Positions 36,468 to 46,157 of a DNA stretch of 64,000 bases are shown piece after piece. This stretch comes from a virus. The stretch lies in IMG/VR virus record IMGVR_UViG_3300025276_000021, one strand, 5' to 3'. The translations under genes were made by a program, and so were the position numbers. The notes below the pieces were generated by a model. That model did no database searches, was not told the DNA's origin, and saw only the letters and a list, made by a program, of their open reading frames with translations. Position 1 is the first letter of the stretch; every line of letters starts with the position of its first letter.

Positions 36468-37066
36468 ACTGAACCTACCACCGCTGTTGCTGTTGCTATT
36501 TCTGGTTGATTCAGAGTCAACTCATAAGTATAAGATCCTTCAGTTTCTATAGAATTTAGAGATTCTAATGAAGTGTTGAAATCTTCTCCGTTGTATTCAA
36601 ACAATTCACATCTCATTTTATATGTTGGTAAATTACTTAACTGATAAAATGGAGATTCGTGTTCAACATGCATAATCTCAAACATAGAATTTGAAAGAGG
36701 TAACCAGATAAGATCACCTTCAACGGGTCTTTCAGTTTCTATATCGTTTGATCCTTGACCAATGATGCCACTCCATCTTCGCCTTGCTACAATAAAAGTT
36801 GCTGCATCACGAATTTCAACTCCAAATTTTGTAAAAAGATCACCATCACCATCAAAACCTTCTGCGTTTTCGATGTACATTTCAATCTTGTAGGATGAAT
36901 TAAATACTGATGGTATATCTTCACCGAAAACTTTATTTTCATTCACTATAGACCTAGGAAGATAATATACATCTTGCCCATACAGCTTTAAGGACTCAAT
37001 AATTATGTCCTCGTGAAGATTTTGTTCATTAGTGTGTTTTTGTGAAAAGTATATATTAGTTGCCAT
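36464..37066 (-). CDS. gp14: neck protein, N-terminal part
   Basis: EQNL.EDIIIESLKLYGQDVYYLPR, RPVEGDLIW, PFYQL. Confidence 0.9.
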   Translation of the reverse strand: MATNIYFSQKHTNEQNLHEDIIIESLKLYGQDVYYLPRSIVNENKVFGEDIPSVFNSSYKIEMYIENAEGFDGDGDLFTKFGVEIRDAATFIVARRRWSGIIGQGSNDIETERPVEGDLIWLPLSNSMFEIMHVEHESPFYQLSNLPTYKMRCELFEYNGEDFNTSLESLNSIETEGSYTYELTLNQPEIATATAVVGSV

Positions 37067-37070
37067 TTAC

Positions 37071-37829
37071 TTATCCCACAAAAAAATCTACGGGCAATTC
37101 TTGTTCTAATCTAATTCTTTCTTCCAGTTTTTCTATATCTACTGTAGCATCTTCGTATATCTGTCTACCGTTAAGGATAACTCCACCCGGTAGTTGCATG
37201 CCTTCAAACTTAATAAGATTTGCGCCCCATTGCCTTTTAATGAGTGCTGTCGCATATTCTTTTAGCCACATATCATTGTATATGGAAGTATGTGTTTCGG
37301 GATTAATGATTTGAACAACTTGAGCAATTATATAATCACCAGCTTTAATATCGCCTGCTCCAAATTCGCCGTGAATTACTAGACGATTTTGACGCCGAGA
37401 AAACGACACTTGAGGAGTTCCGTTGATTTTCATATCAAGTAAAGACATGTGTTGTTGCATCTGTTCATAGTATACTAATTCACTCATAAAGTTACCTAGA
37501 TTACCAACATCATTTAGCATAATTTGATATTTTATTCCAGACCAATCGTTAACGCCACTTGCGGAATTTACAGGAAATAGTCTCTGCACAAAAATAACGT
37601 CAGATGATATAGGAATATATCCATTCGTTACATCAGATTCAGTTACTAGATGCTTCAGATATGTTCTGATTGTTGCATCTGAATGAAATTCTTGATAATA
37701 CTCTAAGGCATCGTCAATTCTATCTTCGACTTGTTCAAGTGCAACATTTACTTCAAGCACAGGTTCGCCCAGCTTGCGCTTGCAATAGCTTATAAGATCG
37801 TCTCTGGTATCTGGATGATTTGTACTCAT
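37071..37829 (-). CDS. gp13: neck protein
   Basis: YCKRKLGEPVLEVNV, WLKEYATALIKRQWG, LPGGVILNG. Confidence 0.95.
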   Translation of the reverse strand: MSTNHPDTRDDLISYCKRKLGEPVLEVNVALEQVEDRIDDALEYYQEFHSDATIRTYLKHLVTESDVTNGYIPISSDVIFVQRLFPVNSASGVNDWSGIKYQIMLNDVGNLGNFMSELVYYEQMQQHMSLLDMKINGTPQVSFSRRQNRLVIHGEFGAGDIKAGDYIIAQVVQIINPETHTSIYNDMWLKEYATALIKRQWGANLIKFEGMQLPGGVILNGRQIYEDATVDIEKLEERIRLEQELPVDFFVG

Positions 37830-37857
37830 TTTACGTCCCGTTATATATCTTTACTTC

Positions 37858-37865
37858 TATTTATA
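37858..37865 (-). promoter_or_regulatory. T4-type late promoter
   Basis: TATAAATA upstream of gp13. Confidence 0.75.
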
Positions 37866-40578
37866 CAGCCCGCACATTGAAGTTTACTTTTGCTGTATAT
37901 GTATCTATTGAAATATTATTATTAGTGTCTTTTTTAGTTAATGTCTGAAATTTACTACCGTCAGAATTGAAGCTAATATCTCTAATATCTCTATTAAAAA
38001 CGCCCGACAATATATACACATCATTATTAAATGAACTATTCTTAAATAATCCAGGCGTCTTATCTAAATCGTATTCTCTAACGCTGGACAAACTTGTGTT
38101 GCCGCCGCCAATAAACATCTTAGTTTCATCTGGATTTAAGTGCATAGAAGAAACATTTGTAAATGATGTAGAAAAAGCTGAATCGAAGGTCGCACTATAT
38201 ATTTCATTTGAATCCGATAAATTATACTTGTAAATTTGATTTGTCGTGTTACTAGAAAGGTACATCTCTGTTCCTTTATTAGCAAGCAAAATATTTGATA
38301 ACCCCGAAACTGTTCCGTTAAGATCAAGAAATTTTTGATTATGCTCTAAAGAAGCTAATCCTATAGGCGCACTATCATTAGTGCTTCCTGTCATTTTGAA
38401 TTGAGTGATACTTTTGTTCGCTGGTGACGCTAAAAATATTTTATTGGTTGTCACTATATCTGTAGAATCGCCTGCAATGTCAAAACCTAAATTTTCGGAA
38501 AGATCAATATTTGTATAAGTATTTTGTTGTGTTGCCGTCGATAACATATAATTTGTGGACATATTATATTCTAGAATTTCCGTGTCATCCGAAATATAAA
38601 GTTTTGCACCACTCGCACTAATTTTCATATGTGTAGGCACAAAACTTGAAAGGTAATAGAGTGATGCAGTCTTGCTAGTATAAGGTGAGACCGCAGCATC
38701 AGGAAATATATTTTCATCAGTTTCTATCGTGGAAAGTGCCCAAGGTACACTCATAGTATATTGATGTACGCCTTCATTATATGTGTCTAAAATATACAGA
38801 TATTGACCATCAGAGCTAATTTGCATAGAAATAGCGCCCAAATCTTTAAACTCCATCATGTTGTCGCTCAAAATTTTACCAATTCGATGTGGTACTTCAG
38901 ATACTTTTGTAGCAGTAGATACGTCAAATTTAACACTCAGGTCATATTGAAGTATTTTACCATTTTGCCTTGCGATACCCCATAATACATAAAGATGATT
39001 TCCATCTGCACTAATCGTAAATGCTTGAGCATATGATGTAAAAACGCTTAAATAGTACCCATAGTAGCTAAGATACCTGTTCAAATAATTATAGTAAAAA
39101 CTATACAAAAATATGTACCGCGACATTTTCCATCTCTCGTTAGTAACGGGTATTGGAGGATTAGCATTGGATGTCGGTCTAGTATAGCGACTAGTTGTCC
39201 AACTGCCGAACTGTGTTTCTGTATGTGCTGGGCCAGTAGTTGTAGTTGTAGATAAATTCTCTAGATAATTCCAAGTTGCTTGGTAATAATGAATAAAATC
39301 ACTTCTATATGGGCTGCCGGATTTGGCAATCGTTGAAGTCACAGAAAACGTGTGTGTTGATACATATTGTGCAGATGATATGTTGTAAGGAATTGTCAAC
39401 TCAAAATATTTTATATGAAGGTGGTCCATGAGGTAATAATGTTTTCCATCAGCAGACATTTGTGTGATGTTGGTTTTAGGATATTGCGATAAGTTTGTGA
39501 GTACATTTCCTGGAACATGCACGCCATTTCTCCATAATCCGTATGAGTTCTGGAAACCATAATAAGTACTAAACCTAACCGTAAAACTTGACGTCCGCGT
39601 ATTTTTCCTTTTATCCGAATTAGATTTTTGACCAATTGCTACTTGGGTATTTTCATAATAATTTGTAAGATATTCTGTTGTTAAAATATCTCCGGGAGAA
39701 GTCAATTCGTATTGATATATTTTATTGTGACCTCTATCCGCAACAAACATCCTATTCTCAGAATCGCTCAACGCGACTCCTTCTAAATAACTAGAATTAT
39801 TGGCCTCACCATTTGATATTCCTAATTGTGTATATGTGTCGAAGGATGCTATGGGTTGCTCATTACCAACAAACGCTCTATAATCATATGGTGCCGGAAC
39901 TTGGTATTGCTGTATAGATTTTGTGCCTGTATTTTGTGCGATATACAACATTGTTCCATCAGAGTTATAATCTAATCCTTCTGCGGTTGTAGATAAAATC
40001 AGAGGAACTCCTTTATTAGCGTCATATAAAACGTCAGGACTTGAAGTCATATTCATAAATTTTAAAGATTCTGCTAAATTAGTTTCGAACAAGTCGAGTC
40101 TATCAACATTATACTTAAACCGAATTATTAAGCCTTGATCGATATGAATATTATTTGAATCGCCAGAAGTTTTAGGTATTTTAGTAGGACTAACAATAGT
40201 TCCTTTAAATTTATAAATGTTATTTTCACTCAAAGATTTTTCTATAGAAGCTGAATCCGTCAAATCTAATGTAGGAGATATCGTATATATGCCGTCTCCA
40301 CCAACAACTTTGGTTATAACTTTACTTGAAACTATATTTTCTAAAACTGGCGTCCATGTTATAGCGTTTCCATCTGAATCTTCTGTGTATAAAGATATGA
40401 TTGGAGTTATAGGTTTATCAGAAAAATCAAAACTAGAATCGAAACTTGACGTCCATACTCCATCTTTAAATGTCACACTATCAACACCATCATTCAGCAC
40501 ACTAATAGGTACTAAAGTGCCGTCATCTAAATATTTGCTAAATTTAAATGAACCCGCATGGTAGTAAATTTCAGACAT
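37861..40578 (-). CDS. virion protein with beta-propeller repeats
   Basis: Repeated S.DG...Y....I.QY.L..P.D..TA blades. Confidence 0.6.
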   Translation of the reverse strand: MSEIYYHAGSFKFSKYLDDGTLVPISVLNDGVDSVTFKDGVWTSSFDSSFDFSDKPITPIISLYTEDSDGNAITWTPVLENIVSSKVITKVVGGDGIYTISPTLDLTDSASIEKSLSENNIYKFKGTIVSPTKIPKTSGDSNNIHIDQGLIIRFKYNVDRLDLFETNLAESLKFMNMTSSPDVLYDANKGVPLILSTTAEGLDYNSDGTMLYIAQNTGTKSIQQYQVPAPYDYRAFVGNEQPIASFDTYTQLGISNGEANNSSYLEGVALSDSENRMFVADRGHNKIYQYELTSPGDILTTEYLTNYYENTQVAIGQKSNSDKRKNTRTSSFTVRFSTYYGFQNSYGLWRNGVHVPGNVLTNLSQYPKTNITQMSADGKHYYLMDHLHIKYFELTIPYNISSAQYVSTHTFSVTSTIAKSGSPYRSDFIHYYQATWNYLENLSTTTTTGPAHTETQFGSWTTSRYTRPTSNANPPIPVTNERWKMSRYIFLYSFYYNYLNRYLSYYGYYLSVFTSYAQAFTISADGNHLYVLWGIARQNGKILQYDLSVKFDVSTATKVSEVPHRIGKILSDNMMEFKDLGAISMQISSDGQYLYILDTYNEGVHQYTMSVPWALSTIETDENIFPDAAVSPYTSKTASLYYLSSFVPTHMKISASGAKLYISDDTEILEYNMSTNYMLSTATQQNTYTNIDLSENLGFDIAGDSTDIVTTNKIFLASPANKSITQFKMTGSTNDSAPIGLASLEHNQKFLDLNGTVSGLSNILLANKGTEMYLSSNTTNQIYKYNLSDSNEIYSATFDSAFSTSFTNVSSMHLNPDETKMFIGGGNTSLSSVREYDLDKTPGLFKNSSFNNDVYILSGVFNRDIRDISFNSDGSKFQTLTKKDTNNNISIDTYTAKVNFNVRAV

Positions 40579-43500
40579 TATAGATATCCCTCATAAGATT
40601 GAAATGGATCGAATGTGACTTGAGTTGAGTCAAAGCCTATCGCTTTTGAACTATCTAGATCAAATATACGAATATATTGTATATCAGCTATATATGTAAC
40701 GCCAACTCCCATGTCACCGTTGTATTCGAAAATGACTTCTATATCTCCCGATGTTGAATCGTTTAATCGTGTGCCGCTCTCAATATGAGGAGTTCGAGTT
40801 GCTGAATCTATATGTTTACCGACAAAATTCAAATCTGTATTCCAATGAAGATTCGATTCTGATATATCATACGCTTTGACATAAAATATAGAATTACTAT
40901 CATCGTCATATCTACCTAGTTGAATATTATTTCTAGGTATACTTTTTGTGTATGACCAATTGATACTATCTCCTAAATCGTCAAACCTTTTAAGTTTTAT
41001 AATATGACTTGATCTATCAAAAGCTAAATCAGAATCTGGAGTAACTAAACTATCATGTATAAAACCTGTTAGCTCTCCGATGTAGCTGCCGTCAGATTCT
41101 ACAATAGATGTATATCCTGTAGGATTACTTAGTAGACCGTCTGATTCATACTTAAAAACATAATGAGGTACAGGTCTGTAACCATCTCTGAGAGTAAAAT
41201 TTAACGGTTCTTCATTTTTAGCGGGCGCGTTTGTACCGGAGCCAATAGTTACGAGAGGTTCAAAAGCAGCACTTTCTATTCCAGGATTAAAACTATGCAC
41301 TTTTCTATAAGCTTTTGCGTCTGCTGTGTAAGGACTAACATCTATAGATAATGGATTTCCGGATACTGTTGCATCTAGTATAACTGTATAGCTGTCTGTT
41401 GTTAAATCAGCATCGGGTAATGTAAATACATCGCCACTCTCTCTCATTTTTCTACTAACACGCATTTCTTTAATATACAAATTAGAAAAACTTTTAACTA
41501 TAGAATGAGATGTTATGTCATAATCGTCTGTTGATGCCAATAATAAGTTAGACTTTGACAATTCCTCTATATCAAGTTCTATATTCATAGAATCTATTTT
41601 ATTTCCATCAAAATATGAAAATAGAACATTATCCGATCCTCTATAGTTGAATGAATGGTGATGCCAGTCACCCAGGTCATTTGAAGCATTATTAAGTTTT
41701 ATTGATTTATTATTAATAATTAATGTACCATCTATGTTATATGCTAGTTGTTCGCCACCAGTCATATTTGAAGCAATATGCAATTTTGTATTACTGTCCG
41801 TAAAGGGTTGTCTATTAATAGGAAAGAGACCTGATGCTGGAGTGTTTGCTTTCCATCCCATAGATGAGTGATTTGTGCAGTAATAATAAAGTGTCGGCGC
41901 ACCAGATGCCACAACTATCTGGGTGTAAGCCCCAGCATTTCCCGGTGTTCCAGAAGTTGTCACACCTGTTGTATACTCACTTCCTCCATCATGCGTTCCG
42001 TTTGGCGTACTAGAAAATCTGAGAGGATGCCCAGAATTAGAAGATGCGCTCTGATCGAATCTGTATGTGCTGCCTTCTGTCAGTAGAAGTGTGACATCAG
42101 ATGTCGCAGTAGACCCATCGATAGCATATTTATTAGATGAACCAACATTATGATAAGGATGGTTTGAAGGATTGCCGCCAACGACTGTAGTTATTAAAGT
42201 TGTCGTTACAGATATAGAATCATACTTATCCGTTTTATGGATCATAAAATCTTCGATATATCTTTTCTTATTAACTGGCGTGTTAGGATTTTCAGTATCT
42301 ACTTTAAAATAAGGAATTCCTAACCTAAACTTGCTTTTGCTAGGTTTAATATCATCGCCAACCTGCATGATATTGGTTCCAATAAAAACATTTGCTTGCC
42401 TTGGGTCTGTCTGAAGTGCAGGATCTTGACCTCCTGTTTTTTCGAAGATACAATTTATCCACTTGAAGCATCTAGCATCATACTTGCTCCAGATCGAATT
42501 GCGGGGGGTACTTGTATTTGATATTAAACATTCTTCAAATCTTATATCTGAAGTGCGCCGCGAGGCATACACATGATAACTATTGCTCCTAAATTCGAAA
42601 TTAACTCTGTATGCGCGGCCAGAAACACTGTAAGTTGGTGCATATATAAGCGCCCATGGAGAATGTTTAAATGTTAAGTATGCAAGTTCTTTTAAAGCTC
42701 CTGACGGTGACGCGCCATCAGCCGCATTGCGCCCCGAAAATAACTCACCGAAATACGCTACGTCAAGAATAACATCAGTAGGATCATTTGTTGATCCTGT
42801 AATTAAAATATTTTTTCTTTGGTGAAAACCAAGCACGCCTGACATATTCGCAGTGCCGTGGTCATTAATTACAGTATATGTGCCAGGAGCTATTACAATA
42901 GCATCACCATCGTTTATTTGCGACATTTGTTGTTGTAATGAAAGACCTGATCCGTCTGGATTACTCCAATTATAGATAGTTCCTCCAGTATTTGCCACAT
43001 AATCTATAGCGTGTTGCGTTCCAGTTTCATGAGGCAAACCTTTTACAGATTTTATATTATTACCAACGAATAACTCAGCGTCACTATAATTAACAAAGAG
43101 TTGTTTGTTATACAATAAATTTGAAGATAATGTTCCAGTCCATGTTGATCCGTCTGAATCTATTCCTACTGATCCTATTTTAGATGTTGCAACGCTTCCA
43201 GCGTGCGTCCCATTTGCTGTAGTGCTGAATTTAAGTATATGAGTTGCGTTGCTGGTATCCGATTGGTCAAACGTATAAGTCGCGCCAGGTGCTAGGCTGA
43301 TGAGTGCCTGTTGAACGCCGTTCAAAAAATATTTATTACCATCACTCGTGGATGCCACAGTAACAACATAGGTCGTCGCGGTTGCAGCCGAATGATCAGT
43401 TGCCCCTCCCATACCTGAGTGATTGCCACAATAATAATTCAAAATAGGCTCACCAGCCGCTACCGTTATTTCAGTATAAGCACCCGCACTTCCTGGAGTT

Positions 43501-46133
43501 CCATATGTTGTTACACCTGTTGTGTATTCGGTTGCTGCTGTAACACCTCCTCTATGTGCATCAGGAACATTTTTATATGCAACTTCAGGATCCCAGCGCC
43601 AACTCTTTTGCGAAAACTTTAATACAGCCTGATTGTATGTGTAATCGTGAGAATGACCACCTGCGCCAGTACCAAGGCCTTCATTTTCAAATTCCCTGAT
43701 CCGTTTCATGTTGGCATTATATGTGTTACCCATACTGCCGTGCTCATGGTCAGAGTTCCAAATCGTTCTCATTCGCCACGCTGAGTATTGTCCTGCAGCC
43801 TCTTGAGCGTTGGTGCCTCTACTAGATATTATAAATTTATACGGACCATCGCCACTTGGAAAAGGGTAACTTGCCTTCCAAACACCGTTGGTAAACATAT
43901 GAACATGACTATCTTGTTCCGAAATTATAAATTCTTCATGGTTCTGCGTTTTGCCGTATATTCCGCTAGTATAATATTTAGAAATGTCTATATCATCTAC
44001 AGCTTCACTGTAAATGCCATCGCCATGAGGCTCACTGAAGGGGTAAGTACCATAGTTTCCTCCAGTGGTGCTGGGGTAAACCCAACTGCCACCCGGACGC
44101 GGACCAGAAGGCATTCTATTTTCATAAAATACGCTAGTATCGTCTATTAGACTTTCTTTGACTAGATAATATTTATAATTTCTGGTCTCTGAGAAATAGC
44201 GGTCATACCAATTTCCTGGTTCCCTCTCACCAACTTCAAAATAATAATTATTCTTGCCGCCAGGAGTAATTGTCATACTATTAATTTTTACATAACTTGC
44301 AAGAACGGGTGTAGAAACCTTACTATATTTAGTCCGATACTGCACGCTCCAAGTCTTAAACCAGAAGCTGTTTTCGTTGTTGGTACTACCAGGGGGTACC
44401 AAGCGCCAGCGATAGCCTTGGTGTCCAAAGCCGTGGTGCTCAGTCGCGCCATTTTTAAAGAGACCCATATTAATCCGGTCATTTTCTGTAAAGTTCACGC
44501 CTGTTGCAGGATTTTTCACGAAGTCTGGCCAATATAAATTTTTCCACCAAGAGCCACTGGTACTTCCTTTAAACTTTGTCCCGGTTGGATTTGACCTTTG
44601 AAAAACAGACCCATCGGAGGTCTCTTTGCGAGAGCCATATGCTGAGCCATTGCCTACAACATGCCCAGCCACCCAGGAAGGTTCCTTAAATGCATTTTCT
44701 GTATACCTTGGAAAATATGGAAAGCCATACTTTGAAAAACCCGCGCCGCCGCCAAGATCATCATTAGACCTATGATAACTCATATTTGCTGCAGGATAGT
44801 TACCATAATCAGAGGATGAATAACCACCTGCTAAAATCGTGTTTGCCTGGCCAACGGGCATGGGTCCAACAACAGAAGGATAACAGATAATATACCTGTA
44901 AGAACCATCAGGCAATTTATGAAATGCAGGCTTATCCATAAAAGCTGGACCTTGATTATAAAATTGTGCTCCGTCAGTTCTATCTTTGGTGGCAATTTCT
45001 GTAGATCCAGTAATGCCTCCTGTTATCATAGTCTTAGATTCTGTAAATGAAGTCAAATCTGGCGGCAAAAACGCTGTTCCTGCCCATTCATCATTATCTA
45101 AAGATGTTGTAATGGAAGCTTCTCCTTGATAGTTACTATCAATCCAAAGTCTGATTTTTCCGGGTCTCGGATTTACATCCCAAGATATTACGTGCTGATT
45201 TATATTATCGGGAACATTAGCAGTCAAAGATAATTGTTTGCTTCTTCCTGCTGAAATTTCGATTTGAGTTCCCAAATTTATTGTTCTAACAACTAACCTA
45301 TTTGTTTCCACGCCACAGAAGAACAAAGTTTTATCGCTTTCTGGTATTGTAGTTTTTATAGAAAATGAAGCGGAAACTTTCCTATCAATGTCTTTGCTTG
45401 GGTCTACTACGCCTACAGGAAAATGAGTACTATCTTGCCTAGTTAGAGAAGTTAGAAGATTTCCATCTCTGTATATTCTAGGCTCAAATCCATCATACGA
45501 TAAAACATTATGTGTCCAGCTATCGGATAGTAAATTACTATCTTCATGTAAATTATATTTTGTTCCGTTATAAACAATTCCTGTTTCGTCAAGAGATAAG
45601 AGCGTATCGAATCTTTGATTTATAGAAAATATTCTATTATTTTTAGTATTAAATTTATTATAAAGATATTCTATAGTAAATGGCGAAAATAAATTCAAAC
45701 TATCTAAAGCTGAATCAACTTGCATAATATTCCAATCACTTTCTAAAGTAATTGACGAGTTTCCTGAATCATAAGCAGGAAACAACTTTGCGTCTATTGC
45801 TCCAAAATTAGTAATAGTATGCGAATCCAAAGAAAGATCCATAAAAGAATCTGTCCAAGGCAACACTGCGGCGAACGCCCGACCATCATCGTTCGCACCT
45901 CTATTTGTCCAAAAATCTATTGTAATAGAATCGTTTGTACTATCGAAATTTTCAAAAGGAGTGCCTAAATCTAATTGCTTCGATCCCAAAAAACGATATG
46001 AGAATGATGGGAATGTTGATAAGTCAAAATAACGATATATGCCAGATTTTGCGCCTGAAGCAATTACTACCTCATCGCCTTCTTTCGCAACTTGGTTAAT
46101 CTCGCCAAAACTATCATGTATAAATGTCGCCAC
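40578..46133 (-). CDS. large mosaic virion protein (LamG/concanavalin-like segments, two cupredoxin-like modules, beta-helix-like segment)
   Basis: FTIE..WTH....YRDG, WHHH..YFDG, YYYCTNHSSMG, YYCGNHSGMG; GTG start. Confidence 0.6.
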   Translation of the reverse strand: MATFIHDSFGEINQVAKEGDEVVIASGAKSGIYRYFDLSTFPSFSYRFLGSKQLDLGTPFENFDSTNDSITIDFWTNRGANDDGRAFAAVLPWTDSFMDLSLDSHTITNFGAIDAKLFPAYDSGNSSITLESDWNIMQVDSALDSLNLFSPFTIEYLYNKFNTKNNRIFSINQRFDTLLSLDETGIVYNGTKYNLHEDSNLLSDSWTHNVLSYDGFEPRIYRDGNLLTSLTRQDSTHFPVGVVDPSKDIDRKVSASFSIKTTIPESDKTLFFCGVETNRLVVRTINLGTQIEISAGRSKQLSLTANVPDNINQHVISWDVNPRPGKIRLWIDSNYQGEASITTSLDNDEWAGTAFLPPDLTSFTESKTMITGGITGSTEIATKDRTDGAQFYNQGPAFMDKPAFHKLPDGSYRYIICYPSVVGPMPVGQANTILAGGYSSSDYGNYPAANMSYHRSNDDLGGGAGFSKYGFPYFPRYTENAFKEPSWVAGHVVGNGSAYGSRKETSDGSVFQRSNPTGTKFKGSTSGSWWKNLYWPDFVKNPATGVNFTENDRINMGLFKNGATEHHGFGHQGYRWRLVPPGSTNNENSFWFKTWSVQYRTKYSKVSTPVLASYVKINSMTITPGGKNNYYFEVGEREPGNWYDRYFSETRNYKYYLVKESLIDDTSVFYENRMPSGPRPGGSWVYPSTTGGNYGTYPFSEPHGDGIYSEAVDDIDISKYYTSGIYGKTQNHEEFIISEQDSHVHMFTNGVWKASYPFPSGDGPYKFIISSRGTNAQEAAGQYSAWRMRTIWNSDHEHGSMGNTYNANMKRIREFENEGLGTGAGGHSHDYTYNQAVLKFSQKSWRWDPEVAYKNVPDAHRGGVTAATEYTTGVTTYGTPGSAGAYTEITVAAGEPILNYYCGNHSGMGGATDHSAATATTYVVTVASTSDGNKYFLNGVQQALISLAPGATYTFDQSDTSNATHILKFSTTANGTHAGSVATSKIGSVGIDSDGSTWTGTLSSNLLYNKQLFVNYSDAELFVGNNIKSVKGLPHETGTQHAIDYVANTGGTIYNWSNPDGSGLSLQQQMSQINDGDAIVIAPGTYTVINDHGTANMSGVLGFHQRKNILITGSTNDPTDVILDVAYFGELFSGRNAADGASPSGALKELAYLTFKHSPWALIYAPTYSVSGRAYRVNFEFRSNSYHVYASRRTSDIRFEECLISNTSTPRNSIWSKYDARCFKWINCIFEKTGGQDPALQTDPRQANVFIGTNIMQVGDDIKPSKSKFRLGIPYFKVDTENPNTPVNKKRYIEDFMIHKTDKYDSISVTTTLITTVVGGNPSNHPYHNVGSSNKYAIDGSTATSDVTLLLTEGSTYRFDQSASSNSGHPLRFSSTPNGTHDGGSEYTTGVTTSGTPGNAGAYTQIVVASGAPTLYYYCTNHSSMGWKANTPASGLFPINRQPFTDSNTKLHIASNMTGGEQLAYNIDGTLIINNKSIKLNNASNDLGDWHHHSFNYRGSDNVLFSYFDGNKIDSMNIELDIEELSKSNLLLASTDDYDITSHSIVKSFSNLYIKEMRVSRKMRESGDVFTLPDADLTTDSYTVILDATVSGNPLSIDVSPYTADAKAYRKVHSFNPGIESAAFEPLVTIGSGTNAPAKNEEPLNFTLRDGYRPVPHYVFKYESDGLLSNPTGYTSIVESDGSYIGELTGFIHDSLVTPDSDLAFDRSSHIIKLKRFDDLGDSINWSYTKSIPRNNIQLGRYDDDSNSIFYVKAYDISESNLHWNTDLNFVGKHIDSATRTPHIESGTRLNDSTSGDIEVIFEYNGDMGVGVTYIADIQYIRIFDLDSSKAIGFDSTQVTFDPFQSYEGYL

Positions 46134-46157
46134 TATATTATCCTTTTTGTGAGCAGA

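Noticed and set aside
37861-46133. Diversity-generating retroelement acting on Tyr/Asn-rich segments
   Set aside because: No reverse transcriptase and no template/variable repeat pair were seen.
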